Assembly: GCF_944325745.1 (NCBI RefSeq)
Contig: NZ_CALVBG010000001.1
Span: 1,751 to 65,750, forward strand
Direction: 5' to 3'
From: an uncultured Faecalicoccus sp.
Lineage (GTDB): Bacteria > Bacillota_I > Bacilli_A > Erysipelotrichales > Erysipelotrichaceae
DNA length: 64,000 bases
Part shown: positions 10,529 through 20,172 of the stretch, piece after piece
How the letters are laid out: every line of letters starts with the position of its first letter
How positions within the stretch are numbered: position 1 is the stretch's first letter
The notes under the pieces: generated by a model
Database searches by the model: none
The model's input: only the letters and a program-made list of their open reading frames with translations
Told to the model about the DNA's origin: nothing
Translations under genes and position numbers: made by a program

Positions 10529-12374
10529 GATTCTCGATTTCCTCAAACAAACTTTCAAGATCAATATGCTCTTTTTTGCGAAGAGAACGAATCGGACCAT
10601 GTTGTACATAGTGGTCGCCGATACCAAGAATATGGATATTCTCTTCGATTCCATTTTTAAACTCTAAAATCGCACTTGATAAACCGCCGATACGAACATC
10701 TGTTTCGTAAACATAAATAGGAAGATTCAAGGCAAATAACTCTTTACACATTTCCTGGTCGATTGGTTTAAAAAAGCGGGCATTGACTACGATCATAGAT
10801 AAATTATTTTCCTGGATCGTATGAATGATACGATCCACATCTGGACCATAACTGATAATGATTGCTTTGGGATCCGAGCCTATATCAAAGCGCTGCCAGG
10901 ATCCGACAGGAATCAAATGAAATTCCATGTTGTCATTCACAACCGCCTGTCCTCTCGGGTATCGTATACAGAATGGATGTCTTGTAGAAAATGCCGTATA
11001 TAAAAGGTCGTATGCTTCCTGTGCATCTTTTGGCTGCGACAGGATCAAATTCGGAATAGATCGTAAAAAAGAAATATCAAAAACGCCTTGATGCGTTTCG
11101 CCGTCGTCTCCCACTAAGCCTGCACGGTCAATCCCTACAACCACCGGAAGATCCATTCTTCCCAAGTCGTGATTCATTTGATCATAAGCCCGTTGAAGAA
11201 AGGATGAATATACACTCACAAAAGGACGAAGGCCGCCTAAAGCCATCGCTCCGGCCATTGTGATTGCATGCTCTTCTGCGATCCCGCAATCAAAAAAGCG
11301 CTGAGGATAGAGTTTGGCAAACTTGAGCAGTTTGCTTCCCTGGGCCATGGCTGGTGTGATCGCGACGATATCTTTATTGGACTTTGCCAAATCGATCAAA
11401 GCATCGCTGATGATGCTTGACCATGTCTTTTCATTGACCGGCAATTTCATCAGTGGCTGTCCGGTTTTAATGTTAAACGGAGAAACACCATGCCACTGGC
11501 CGATTTTATCTTGCTCGGCATAGCGATAGCCCTTCCCTTTTTTTGTTCTTACATGGACTACGATAGGCCCGTCATGCTCTTTGGCCGCTTCGAACACTTT
11601 GATCAAAGCAGGGATGTTATGTCCATCCACCGGACCTAAATAGTCTAAGTTGAATTCCTGGAACAATGGAGCATCAATCAAGCCCGATTTGATCCGATCG
11701 CGAATCGTAGAGAAAACTTTCAAAGTCTCATCGCCCATTTTATTATGAGGAAGAGTGACTTTGATATCATTTTTCACCGAACGATACAAGTGGCTTGATC
11801 GGATAGAGGTGATACGTTTTTCAACACCGCCGCGATTTTTCGAGATCGACATCGCATTGTCATTGAAAATGATGATCATTTTTCTTTTTTGGGCACCAAT
11901 ATCATTGAGTGCTTCTAAGCTCATACCACCGGCCAAAGCTCCATCTCCAATGACGGCAATGACTTCATAGTCTTCATTTTGTACATCTCTTGCGATCGCA
12001 TAACCAAGAGCTGCACTTAACGAGGTAGAAGAATGTCCTGCTTCCCAACAATCATGAGGACTTTCTGAGCGTTTTTGGTAACCAGATAATCCATTTAGTT
12101 TTCGCAAAGTACCAAATTGTGTTGAACGTCCCGTTAAGATCTTATGCACATAGGATTGATGACCCACGTCAAAAATCATTTTATCTTTTGGTGAAGAAAA
12201 GACATAATGCATAGCGATTGTCGTCTCAACGATACCAAGATTACTGGAAAGATGCCCCCCTGTTTTTGAAATGGTCTGAATCAAAAAAAGGCGAATATCT
12301 TGTGCAAGTTCATCAAGTTGTTTCATGGAAAGTTTTTTTATCTGTGAAGGATCTTTGATATCGTATATCTGCAT
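10515..12374 (-). CDS. dxs: 1-deoxy-D-xylulose-5-phosphate synthase
   Basis: GGHLSSNLG, DVGHQSY, GHSSTS, GDGAL, GIAEEHA, DG.THQG. Confidence 0.96.
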   Translation of the reverse strand: MQIYDIKDPSQIKKLSMKQLDELAQDIRLFLIQTISKTGGHLSSNLGIVETTIAMHYVFSSPKDKMIFDVGHQSYVHKILTGRSTQFGTLRKLNGLSGYQKRSESPHDCWEAGHSSTSLSAALGYAIARDVQNEDYEVIAVIGDGALAGGMSLEALNDIGAQKRKMIIIFNDNAMSISKNRGGVEKRITSIRSSHLYRSVKNDIKVTLPHNKMGDETLKVFSTIRDRIKSGLIDAPLFQEFNLDYLGPVDGHNIPALIKVFEAAKEHDGPIVVHVRTKKGKGYRYAEQDKIGQWHGVSPFNIKTGQPLMKLPVNEKTWSSIISDALIDLAKSNKDIVAITPAMAQGSKLLKFAKLYPQRFFDCGIAEEHAITMAGAMALGGLRPFVSVYSSFLQRAYDQMNHDLGRMDLPVVVGIDRAGLVGDDGETHQGVFDISFLRSIPNLILSQPKDAQEAYDLLYTAFSTRHPFCIRYPRGQAVVNDNMEFHLIPVGSWQRFDIGSDPKAIIISYGPDVDRIIHTIQENNLSMIVVNARFFKPIDQEMCKELFALNLPIYVYETDVRIGGLSSAILEFKNGIEENIHILGIGDHYVQHGPIRSLRKKEHIDLESLFEEIENHDQK

Positions 12375-12387
12375 AATACTTCTCCTA

Positions 12388-13236
12388 TCAATACTGTCGT
12401 TGAATCAAATAGTTCAAGATTTCTTGGAAAGAATCATGCTTTCCGGGAATCCGATTCAACCGATCCGTAATCTCCTGTTCTAGATCTTCAACCAGTTTGT
12501 TTGCTTTTTCAAGACCTAAAAGAGAGACGGCCGTTGCTTTATCATTTTTTTCATCACTGGTTGATTTCCCTAAAATCTCGCTGGTTTGCGTTTGATCTAA
12601 AATATCATCCTGGATTTGAAACTGAATGCCTAATAAAATTCCAATTTCATTCCATTCCGTTATATATTGTTCTTGTTGATTCAAAATACAGGCACACCGC
12701 ATCGGTAAACTTAACAACATGCCGGTTTTGTAGATTTCAATTCGTTTTAAATCATCGAAGGTTGTCAGAGGATGATTTTCAGCCTGGATATCAAGATCTT
12801 GCCCTAAGATCATTCCGTTGATCCCGGCACAATCACTTAAAGATTTCACCAGCTTAACTTTTTGAAGATCTGAAGCATCTGATTCCAGAACGATTTCAAA
12901 GGCTTTGGTCAATAAAGCATCTCCCGCAAGGACGGCCGTTGCTTCTGTGAAAGCTTTGTGACACGTAGGATGGCCGCGGCGAAGATCATCATCATCCATG
13001 CAGGGAAGATCATCGTGGATCAATGAATAAGTATGGATCATTTCAATGGCTCCGGCACATGAAAATCCACAATGAGGATCCATTCCTGCATCCTGCAAAA
13101 GCGCCAGTAAGATCATCGGACGAATTCTCTTGCCCCCATTCATCAAGGAATATTCCATGGCATCTCTTGTTTTGCTTGGAATATCTTTACGAAGAGTGCT
13201 CTGGAGAAATTCTTCAAACTCATTTTTCAATGTCAT
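12388..13236 (-). CDS. ispA: Farnesyl/geranyl diphosphate synthase
   Basis: GGKRIRP, SLIHDDLPCMDDDDLRRG, FQIQDDILD. Confidence 0.9.
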   Translation of the reverse strand: MTLKNEFEEFLQSTLRKDIPSKTRDAMEYSLMNGGKRIRPMILLALLQDAGMDPHCGFSCAGAIEMIHTYSLIHDDLPCMDDDDLRRGHPTCHKAFTEATAVLAGDALLTKAFEIVLESDASDLQKVKLVKSLSDCAGINGMILGQDLDIQAENHPLTTFDDLKRIEIYKTGMLLSLPMRCACILNQQEQYITEWNEIGILLGIQFQIQDDILDQTQTSEILGKSTSDEKNDKATAVSLLGLEKANKLVEDLEQEITDRLNRIPGKHDSFQEILNYLIQRQY

Positions 13237-13441
13237 CACTTGTTTCCTCCTGAACTTCCATTAACTGATTGACTTTCGTTTCGAAAGCTTCTAACTGCTT
13301 GGAACACTGCTTTGACAATTTTAATCCCTCTTCGAATAGATCCATCGCCGTCTCTAATTCAAGATCCTGGTCATTGAGCTGGTTGACGATCTCATCCAGA
13401 CGTTTCATTGCTTCCTGGAATTTTAGTTGTTTTTCAGCCAT
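13220..13441 (-). CDS. xseB: Exodeoxyribonuclease VII small subunit
   Basis: FQEAMKRLDEIV..L...LE.AMDLFEEG; follows xseA. Confidence 0.92.
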   Translation of the reverse strand: MAEKQLKFQEAMKRLDEIVNQLNDQDLELETAMDLFEEGLKLSKQCSKQLEAFETKVNQLMEVQEETSDDIEK

Positions 13442-14772
13442 GTTTTTTCCTCCTTCGATAGAACAAGTGCATCAAATGATCCTTTCTCCAAAACTACTTT
13501 GACAGGATCGTTGATTTCTAATTCTTTGATATCATGTACTGGTTTTCCCTCTTTTAAAGCGACGCTATAACCTCGCTCAAGGATCTTTAAAGGACTGCAT
13601 GCATCTAATAAAAGCATGGTTTGAGAAAACCGCTGTTTCTGTTGGGTCTGAACCTTTAGAATCATTTCCTTCAATTGATTCGTTTTATGAGAATGATCAA
13701 TTGTTTTCAAATGAAGAGAATGTTTGATTCGTTGAAAAAGATCTTGATCTGTTTTTAACAGTTGTGCTTTATATTGCTGCAGGCGGTATCGACTATGATC
13801 CAAAGCTTCCTGTGCATGATCGAGACGGATCTTTTTTTCATATACCCATGATAAGGGATCTCTTAAATAAGGGTGGTTTTGAAGATATTTCAATTGAGAC
13901 ATCTGATTCTGTAAAAGTGTTTGAATGCGATTCTCAATTTGTGTTTGAGAAGATCGAATTTTTTGAGCAATCTCGACCTGGTCCGGTGTCACCCATTGGG
14001 CAGCGGCCGTCGGTGTCACAGCACGATGATCACAAACTAAATCGCAAAGAGTGGTATCGACTTCGTGGCCTACTCCGCTGACTGTATATGTTTTACACTC
14101 ATACAATGTTTTTACTAAATTTTCGTCGTTGAAACAAAACAGATCCTCAAAACTGCCTCCCCCACGAATGATCAACAAGGCATCATAGTTTTTTTGATCT
14201 GCTTTTTGGATGGCACGAATCAAACTTTTGGGAGCTAGCTTACCTTGAACATAACTGGGATAGAGATCAATCTGTAACATAGGCCAACGACGCTGGAACG
14301 TTTTGAGTGCATCTTGTAAAGCAGCCCCTTCTTTAGCTGTTATAATTGCGATCTTATCAAACCATTCCGGTTTATTTTTTTTATGATCGTCCAAAAAATA
14401 ACCGGCATCTTTTAACTTTTTATATCTTTTCTGATACTCAAGATACAGAGCACCCAGACCATCTTGGCGGATATTGCGGACATAGAGCTGCAATGATCCT
14501 CGCGGCTCATAAACATTGACGCTTGCCTGTACTTGAACTGACATCCCCTCTTCTAAAGAAAAATCCAAATGGCGGACATAAGAAGAAAACATCACGCAGT
14601 TCATTTCGCCCTTATCATCTTTTAACGAAAAGTAATAATGACCGGAGCGATGTTTGGTCAAGTTACTGATTTCCCCCTGGATCCAAACACGTGAAAAATC
14701 AAATGTTTCCGTAAGGATGACTTTGATTCTTTGAAGTACACTGGAGACCGCAACGACCCGTTCTTGACTCAT
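13423..14772 (-). CDS. xseA: Exodeoxyribonuclease VII large subunit
   Basis: GEISN...SGHYYFSLKD, RGGGSFEDL, SGVGHEVD, TPTAAA. Confidence 0.95.
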   Translation of the reverse strand: MSQERVVAVSSVLQRIKVILTETFDFSRVWIQGEISNLTKHRSGHYYFSLKDDKGEMNCVMFSSYVRHLDFSLEEGMSVQVQASVNVYEPRGSLQLYVRNIRQDGLGALYLEYQKRYKKLKDAGYFLDDHKKNKPEWFDKIAIITAKEGAALQDALKTFQRRWPMLQIDLYPSYVQGKLAPKSLIRAIQKADQKNYDALLIIRGGGSFEDLFCFNDENLVKTLYECKTYTVSGVGHEVDTTLCDLVCDHRAVTPTAAAQWVTPDQVEIAQKIRSSQTQIENRIQTLLQNQMSQLKYLQNHPYLRDPLSWVYEKKIRLDHAQEALDHSRYRLQQYKAQLLKTDQDLFQRIKHSLHLKTIDHSHKTNQLKEMILKVQTQQKQRFSQTMLLLDACSPLKILERGYSVALKEGKPVHDIKELEINDPVKVVLEKGSFDALVLSKEEKTWLKNN

Positions 14773-15146
14773 AATCGATCTAATACTCCATTAATTAATT
14801 TATAGCTGGAATCATCACAATATTTTTTAGCCAGTGTGACGGCTTCGTTGATCACAACAGCACGAGCCGTTTGGACTTGTTTTAATTCTTGGTAGGCAAT
14901 CAATAAAATCGATTGTTCAAGAAGACTCAAACGATCAAAGGACCAATCATCTCTTAAATTTTGATTGATCTGTTCAATATAGGCATCTTTATTTCGCACG
15001 AGGTCGATCGTCAACGTGTATAAAAACTCATCGACTTCATTTTGTCCTTGTGTTAAGTCATACACAGCCCGTCGGATATCTTTTCCTAAAAGTAGATTTT
15101 GATATATGCTTTTCATCGCGATTTCGCGTTGTTCATGTCGATTCAT
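14769..15146 (-). CDS. nusB: Transcription antitermination factor NusB
   Basis: R..AMKSIYQ, INEAVTLAKKY, INGVLD. Confidence 0.93.
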   Translation of the reverse strand: MNRHEQREIAMKSIYQNLLLGKDIRRAVYDLTQGQNEVDEFLYTLTIDLVRNKDAYIEQINQNLRDDWSFDRLSLLEQSILLIAYQELKQVQTARAVVINEAVTLAKKYCDDSSYKLINGVLDRL

Positions 15147-16045
15147 TTCGGTTCCTGTCCTTTCTTATAAGGTACTCGTGCACTCGGAACTACCTGGCTG
15201 GCACCAAGTCCATGAATATCCTGATCATCAAAAAATATATTTGCTCCAAAGCTTTTTAAAACTTCTGTTTTCCCTGCCCCTTGCAAGAAAAAGACTTCAT
15301 CCACGTCGATATTCCATTTACGCAGCGTTTTCAGGACTCGTTTTCCGGTATTTTTATCACGGGATGTAACAATGGCAGTACGAATCAAATGCAGATCCTT
15401 TGTGTTTTGCTGCAAATTACTCAAACAGAAGAGAAATTTAGCTAATGGGCCTTTTTTTAACGCCACATCTTCGTTGACCAATTCATTTTCAACAAACGCA
15501 TCTAAACCTTTCTGCTTAAAAATCCGTTCGCTTTCTGGCGAAAATAACACGGCATCCGCATCAAAAGCAATGCGTATCTGATCGGCCGGCTGATCATAAA
15601 TACGATCCGTATTATATACCAATCCAGCAGCAAATCCACTGTTGATGGCTTGGTTTACATCATCTTCATTACACGATAAGAATAAGTCTACACCAAAAGC
15701 ATCGAGATATCGGGAGATGGTTTCGCCTCCACTCATTGCCATACGATTGATATCCAATCCGTAATGATCCAAGGAATGAATGATCCGCAGTGATGTTTCA
15801 GCCGAATTTCGAGACATAACGATCACTTCCACTAATTTCTTATTTGTAATCGTATTGATCGATAGGAGATTTTGTACAAGGGTAAAACCAGTCCCTGGTT
15901 CTAGGATCTCATTTTCATGCGAGAGTTGATAATCGCGATATGCTTCTAAACCATCTTGTTCAAAGACGTTATTGGCATCTTCTAAATTAAATAAAGCACG
16001 GCTGGATATTCCTACTACTAAATAGTCATCAAATGAAACAGGCAT
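15143..16045 (-). CDS. 5'-nucleotidase (cN-I-like HAD family)
   Basis: LVVGISSRALF, IRIAFDADAVLFS, IVTSR, IFFDDQ. Confidence 0.85.
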   Translation of the reverse strand: MPVSFDDYLVVGISSRALFNLEDANNVFEQDGLEAYRDYQLSHENEILEPGTGFTLVQNLLSINTITNKKLVEVIVMSRNSAETSLRIIHSLDHYGLDINRMAMSGGETISRYLDAFGVDLFLSCNEDDVNQAINSGFAAGLVYNTDRIYDQPADQIRIAFDADAVLFSPESERIFKQKGLDAFVENELVNEDVALKKGPLAKFLFCLSNLQQNTKDLHLIRTAIVTSRDKNTGKRVLKTLRKWNIDVDEVFFLQGAGKTEVLKSFGANIFFDDQDIHGLGASQVVPSARVPYKKGQEPK

Positions 16046-16060
16046 ATGTATTCTCCTTTT

Positions 16061-16087
16061 AAAAAAAAGGAATCCGAAGATTCCTTA
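16061..16087 (-). terminator. Intrinsic terminator after asp23-family gene
   Basis: Minus strand AAGGAATC-TTCG-GATTCCTT continuing into a T run. Confidence 0.7.
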
Positions 16088-16417
16088 AAAGATAAATCCA
16101 ACGACTTGAATCTCAATAGATTCAGGTTTGAATCCGGTCATATAAGAAATGCTTTCAAAGATCTTGTGTTGAAGATTGGCGCAAACATCCGATACGTTTG
16201 CCTTATAATTCACCTGAACCGGAACAACCATGGTTAACTGATTATCCTGGATCTGTGCGGATAGTGTATTTGAATTTCGAAGTCGAGTGTTTTCAACAAG
16301 TTTTACATTTTCATCTTCTTCGATCACATTTAATGCAATCGATGAGAAAACACTCTTATTGAGCTTCACTGTTCCCAATTGACTTTGATTTTCTAAAGTA
16401 ATATATTCCTGTGCCAT
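16085..16417 (-). CDS. Asp23/Gls24 family protein (YqhY-like)
   Basis: LGTVKLNKSVFSSIA...LQHKIFESISYMTG..PESIEIQV; usual position upstream of nusB. Confidence 0.85.
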   Translation of the reverse strand: MAQEYITLENQSQLGTVKLNKSVFSSIALNVIEEDENVKLVENTRLRNSNTLSAQIQDNQLTMVVPVQVNYKANVSDVCANLQHKIFESISYMTGFKPESIEIQVVGFIF

Positions 16418-16459
16418 ATATGTCACCCTCGTTTCTTTTATCATTATAACAAAAAGAGA

Positions 16460-17431
16460 CTATTCCATAAAGAGATTTTTATTCCAAAGCTGAGCCGTAG
16501 TTAAAATCAGATCGGCGTGTTCTTGTAATTGATTTTTGGTTGAGAGAATATCTTTTTGTAATTGTGATTTCAAAGCCGGAACACCACTAAAGCGCATTTC
16601 ATCTCGGATTCGATCCACAAAATACAAGCGAAGCTTTTGATCATAGAGATCTTTGTTAAGATCAATCAAATGCGCTTCGATGGTCATCTTATGGTTTTTA
16701 AATGTAGGATTTTTTCCGATGTTGATCATGGCGGGATACAATACTGATTGCCACTCTGCTAATCCGCTGTATACCCCTTCTTTGGGAATCAAATATTCTT
16801 GAGTCAATCGAAGATTAGCTGTAGGAAAATTTAATAATGAAGATCCGCGATGATAGCCGTGTTCTACTATGCCTTCTAAACTGTAACAAGCGCCTAACAT
16901 TTGGCCGGCATGCAATACCCACCCTTGCAGAAGACTATTTTCGATCCTTGTGCTTGAGATCTTACCGTTTTTGTCCTGGATCTTATCGATGACTTTTACT
17001 GAGAAATAGGACTGTTGTTTCAACGTCTCCACATTGCCTTGATTTCTGGAAGCATAGGCAAAATCAAACCCGCAGATCAAATGACTTATATGGAGTTGAT
17101 GTAACAGCGTATGAAAATCATTGACCGATAAAGATGCAAACTCTTTTGTAAAATGTAATATGATCATCCGATCCAAACCCATAGCTTCAACAATATGGAT
17201 CTTATCTTGCAAAGGCAGAATATGATAGATTTTTCGATCGGGATGAAAGATGGTCCATGGATCGGGGTCAAATGTAATCAAAGAACTGGGAAGTTTTCGC
17301 TTAGAAGCTTGCTTGATCGTCTCTTCAATCAAAGCTTGGTGACCTCGATGCAATCCATCAAAAAAACCGATGCATGCAACCGAATCGGATAGAGATGGTA
17401 ATTGAGTATGATCAATTCTATAGATGTCCAT
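16460..17431 (-). CDS. ribF: Bifunctional riboflavin kinase/FAD synthetase
   Basis: GFFDGLHRGHQ, ISSTRI, FPTANL, IEAHL; start moved to MDIYRID just after truB stop. Confidence 0.93.
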   Translation of the reverse strand: MDIYRIDHTQLPSLSDSVACIGFFDGLHRGHQALIEETIKQASKRKLPSSLITFDPDPWTIFHPDRKIYHILPLQDKIHIVEAMGLDRMIILHFTKEFASLSVNDFHTLLHQLHISHLICGFDFAYASRNQGNVETLKQQSYFSVKVIDKIQDKNGKISSTRIENSLLQGWVLHAGQMLGACYSLEGIVEHGYHRGSSLLNFPTANLRLTQEYLIPKEGVYSGLAEWQSVLYPAMINIGKNPTFKNHKMTIEAHLIDLNKDLYDQKLRLYFVDRIRDEMRFSGVPALKSQLQKDILSTKNQLQEHADLILTTAQLWNKNLFME

Positions 17432-17432
17432 A

Positions 17433-18260
17433 TTACCACAACCCCCTTTTGCTGCGATACAAACCAGAAGCATCTTTTTGATAGATGGACAGCGGATCTT
17501 GATCATGCGTCAATAACACAAGATCTGAGTCAGTGTCCAGCGCTAAAGGTTTGCCGTGATACACATTTTGAGGATCTTTGATTTCAATACATGGCAAATG
17601 GTCTAACAGTGACAAAATAGAATAAAAATGAGGATTGGTTTTAATCTGTTCTAATGTTTGTGCATCGTCCAGATCAAAGCGTCCAACAGATGTTCGAACA
17701 AGGCTCTTCATACAGCCAAGGTTATTGGTTTTTTTCGCAAATTCATCACAGATCGAGCGGACATAAGTCCCGGAAGAACAATGAACCTCAAAAAGGAGCT
17801 TTTCCGGATCCAGCGGCTGAATAGAATAGATATTGATATTTTGATAGATAGGTTCGATTTTCTGCCCGGCTCTTTGATATTCCATGAGTTTTTTTCCGTT
17901 GATTTTTTTGGCGGACGTCATCGGGACCAATTGTTGATGTTCTCCCAAAAAGGTTTCTAAAACAGCTTCAAAATCAAAATTCCAATCAATAGGCTTTTGT
18001 TCCAAGATCTGACCATGAACATCCATCGTATCCGTTGAATATCCTAGGGCGATTTCTGCCTGATAGGTTTTATCTGTATCTTTTAAGAATTGTAAAATCT
18101 TACATGCCTTCCCCACCAGGACAATCAACACACCGGTAGCCATAGGATCCAGCGTACCGGTATGGCCTACTTTTTTGGTATGAAAAATTCTTCGGATCTG
18201 ATTCACGACATCATGACTGGTCATTCCAGCCGGTTTATTGACGATCAAAACTCCATCCAT
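17433..18260 (-). CDS. truB: tRNA pseudouridine(55) synthase
   Basis: KPAGMTSHDVV, KVGHTGTLDPMATG, CSSGTYVRS. Confidence 0.95.
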   Translation of the reverse strand: MDGVLIVNKPAGMTSHDVVNQIRRIFHTKKVGHTGTLDPMATGVLIVLVGKACKILQFLKDTDKTYQAEIALGYSTDTMDVHGQILEQKPIDWNFDFEAVLETFLGEHQQLVPMTSAKKINGKKLMEYQRAGQKIEPIYQNINIYSIQPLDPEKLLFEVHCSSGTYVRSICDEFAKKTNNLGCMKSLVRTSVGRFDLDDAQTLEQIKTNPHFYSILSLLDHLPCIEIKDPQNVYHGKPLALDTDSDLVLLTHDQDPLSIYQKDASGLYRSKRGLW

Positions 18261-18341
18261 GTCATCACCAGGATTATTTTACTTTTTTTTGAAAACCTTG
18301 GCAACTGCTATATAATACCTAACAGGAGCAAAGGAGAAGAT

Positions 18342-19082
18342 ATGAAAATACAACCCATTCTCAGAGCGATTCGCAATGCGGATCAGGATTTTGAAATGAT
18401 TGAAGACGGTGATCGAATTGCGGTGGCGCTCAGCGGCGGAAAAGACAGCATGCTTCTGTTTTTAGCGTTGTCGGTCTATCAGAAGTTTTCCAAACATTCG
18501 TTTGAGTTATGTGCGATCCATGTTGATGTCGGATTTGAAGATACTGTTAATCAAACGATGATCGATTTTGCGAAACAGCACGACCTCGAATTATATATCG
18601 AAAAAACTAAAATTTATGATATCTTAAAACAACATCCGACATCAAAGGGACGATTGCCTTGTTCCCTTTGTTCAACTTTGAAAAAAGGCGTTCTGTTTGA
18701 AAAGGCAAAGGCTTTATCCTGCAATAAGATTGCTTTGGGCCATCATCAGGATGACGCAATCGAAACTCTATTTATGAACATGATCCACGGATCAAAAATC
18801 GCAACCTTCCAGCCCGTACAATATATGTCGCGCATGGACATGTCCATGATCCGTCCTTTGATCTATTGTAAAGAATCTCAGATCATTCATGTTTGTCAGG
18901 TCAACAGGATCCCTAGTGCAAAGAAGATCTGTCCTAATGACGGAATAACGATGAGACAGGAAATGAAAGAAATGTTAGAGAAGATCTATGATTCATATCC
19001 TCAAGCCAGAGACAATTTTCTAACGGCTTTATCAAATGAACAACAAGTTTCTCTCTGGCATAAGAAAAAGCACAAAGCGTAA
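18342..19082 (+). CDS. ttcA: TtcA-like tRNA thiolation PP-loop ATPase
   Basis: ALSGGKDS, CSLC, LGHHQDDAIET, IRPL; ATG 18342 with AAGGAG RBS. Confidence 0.8.
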   Translation: MKIQPILRAIRNADQDFEMIEDGDRIAVALSGGKDSMLLFLALSVYQKFSKHSFELCAIHVDVGFEDTVNQTMIDFAKQHDLELYIEKTKIYDILKQHPTSKGRLPCSLCSTLKKGVLFEKAKALSCNKIALGHHQDDAIETLFMNMIHGSKIATFQPVQYMSRMDMSMIRPLIYCKESQIIHVCQVNRIPSAKKICPNDGITMRQEMKEMLEKIYDSYPQARDNFLTALSNEQQVSLWHKKKHKA

Positions 19083-19093
19083 TGTTTTGTGCT

Positions 19094-19678
19094 TTATTTT
19101 TGTTTTGAATCACAATAATAAGTCGCTTCCATGTCTGCCGTGCTCAAGGCAAAGGCTAACGGAAAATGTTCAAAGGTATATCCTACATTTCGACTGGAAT
19201 CTTCATTAGAGAATCCCATATGATATCGAATGGCGAAAGCTTCCTCACGCGACAATTTCATATAGGGTGTGATCATATATACACTTTTTTCTCCATGACC
19301 ATACGGCATAGGATCATCAAATTCATAATAAGGAACTTGCACCCATGTCCCGTTTACTTTCTTATTTCTTTGTTCTTGACGATACACATTGATCTTGCAG
19401 ACATCGTGCAAGAGAGCGACCAACGCAATCGTTTCCTGCGAATAATTCATCTGATACTGCTCTTTGACGCGATCGCGGCTTAAATAATCTTGGAGACAAT
19501 AATAAACATTTAGACTATGTTCGACTAATCCGCCGGCATAATTTCCGTGAAAACGCGTACTGGCCGGAGCGGTAAAAAAATCCGATTTGGAAGAGCAAAG
19601 ATACTCTAAAAAAGCGGAAGCTCCTTCTCTTTTGATCTGATCTGTATAGATTTGAATAAACTCATCTTTTTTATTCAT
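19094..19678 (-). CDS. HD-domain phosphohydrolase
   Basis: APASTRFH..YAGGLVEHS, LLHDVCK, GHGEKS, IRYHMG; ATG 19678 with GAGG RBS. Confidence 0.82.
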   Translation of the reverse strand: MNKKDEFIQIYTDQIKREGASAFLEYLCSSKSDFFTAPASTRFHGNYAGGLVEHSLNVYYCLQDYLSRDRVKEQYQMNYSQETIALVALLHDVCKINVYRQEQRNKKVNGTWVQVPYYEFDDPMPYGHGEKSVYMITPYMKLSREEAFAIRYHMGFSNEDSSRNVGYTFEHFPLAFALSTADMEATYYCDSKQK

Positions 19679-19823
19679 AACATTCCTCATCATTATGATC
19701 AAATAATATCTTTCGTATGCATCGAATCGCTATCAAGAAAAACAAGACCCAGGAGGTCATCTGCAAAAGTGCTAAAAGAAAAAAATAGGGATCAATGAAC
19801 ATACAGGATAGAATTGCTTTCAT
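19671..19823 (-). CDS. Small (50 aa) predicted single-pass membrane protein, absent from ORF track
   Basis: MKAILSCMFIDPYFFLLALLQMTSWVLFFLIAIRCIRKILFDHNDEECYE*, RBS GAAAGGTG, stop overlaps HD gene start. Confidence 0.55.
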   Translation of the reverse strand: MKAILSCMFIDPYFFLLALLQMTSWVLFFLIAIRCIRKILFDHNDEECYE

Positions 19824-19920
19824 AAACAACACCTTTCTTTCAAATATACTATAGAAAAGGTTTTGACATTATTTATGTCGGTATTCAAATCCCCTGTTAT
19901 AAATCCCCTTATTTTTGTGA

Positions 19921-20078
19921 AAAAAAGACCCCAAGGAGCAGAGATCTTTCCCTGTGTGTACAGGTGGGTGACCTGTGTTAAGTCTTAGGATCCCCACGCG
20001 TAGCGGGTCTTCAACACAAAATAACAACATCCGGTCTCCCTTATCTCAAAGTGTAGGAAAAATGTAATGTCCTTGGGC
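19921..20078 (-). ncRNA. ssrS: 6S RNA
   Basis: Downstream of aspS (usual Firmicute site); closing helix CCCAAGGA/TCCTTGGG, CACCCACCTG motif, long irregular hairpin, T tract; own promoter. Confidence 0.78.
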
Positions 20079-20084
20079 AATTTC

Positions 20085-20113
20085 ATCATAACTAAGATTT
20101 ATCAAGAATACAA
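20085..20113 (-). promoter_or_regulatory. sigmaA promoter of 6S RNA
   Basis: TTGTAT-17 nt-TATGAT ending about 7 nt before the predicted 5' end. Confidence 0.6.
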
Positions 20114-20145
20114 GACTTGACATTTAAATCACGCTATGTCTATCG

Positions 20146-20172
20146 AAAAAAGGACTGTGTCAAACAGTCCTT
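20146..20172 (-). terminator. Terminator after aspS
   Basis: AAGGACTG-loop-CAGTCCTT with T tract on minus strand. Confidence 0.65.

Noticed and set aside
18162-18341. Long N-terminal extensions in the ORF track (ttcA, also recN, tlyA, ribF, hisS, crt, thlA)
   Set aside because: Downstream starts have proper RBSs and match family N-termini
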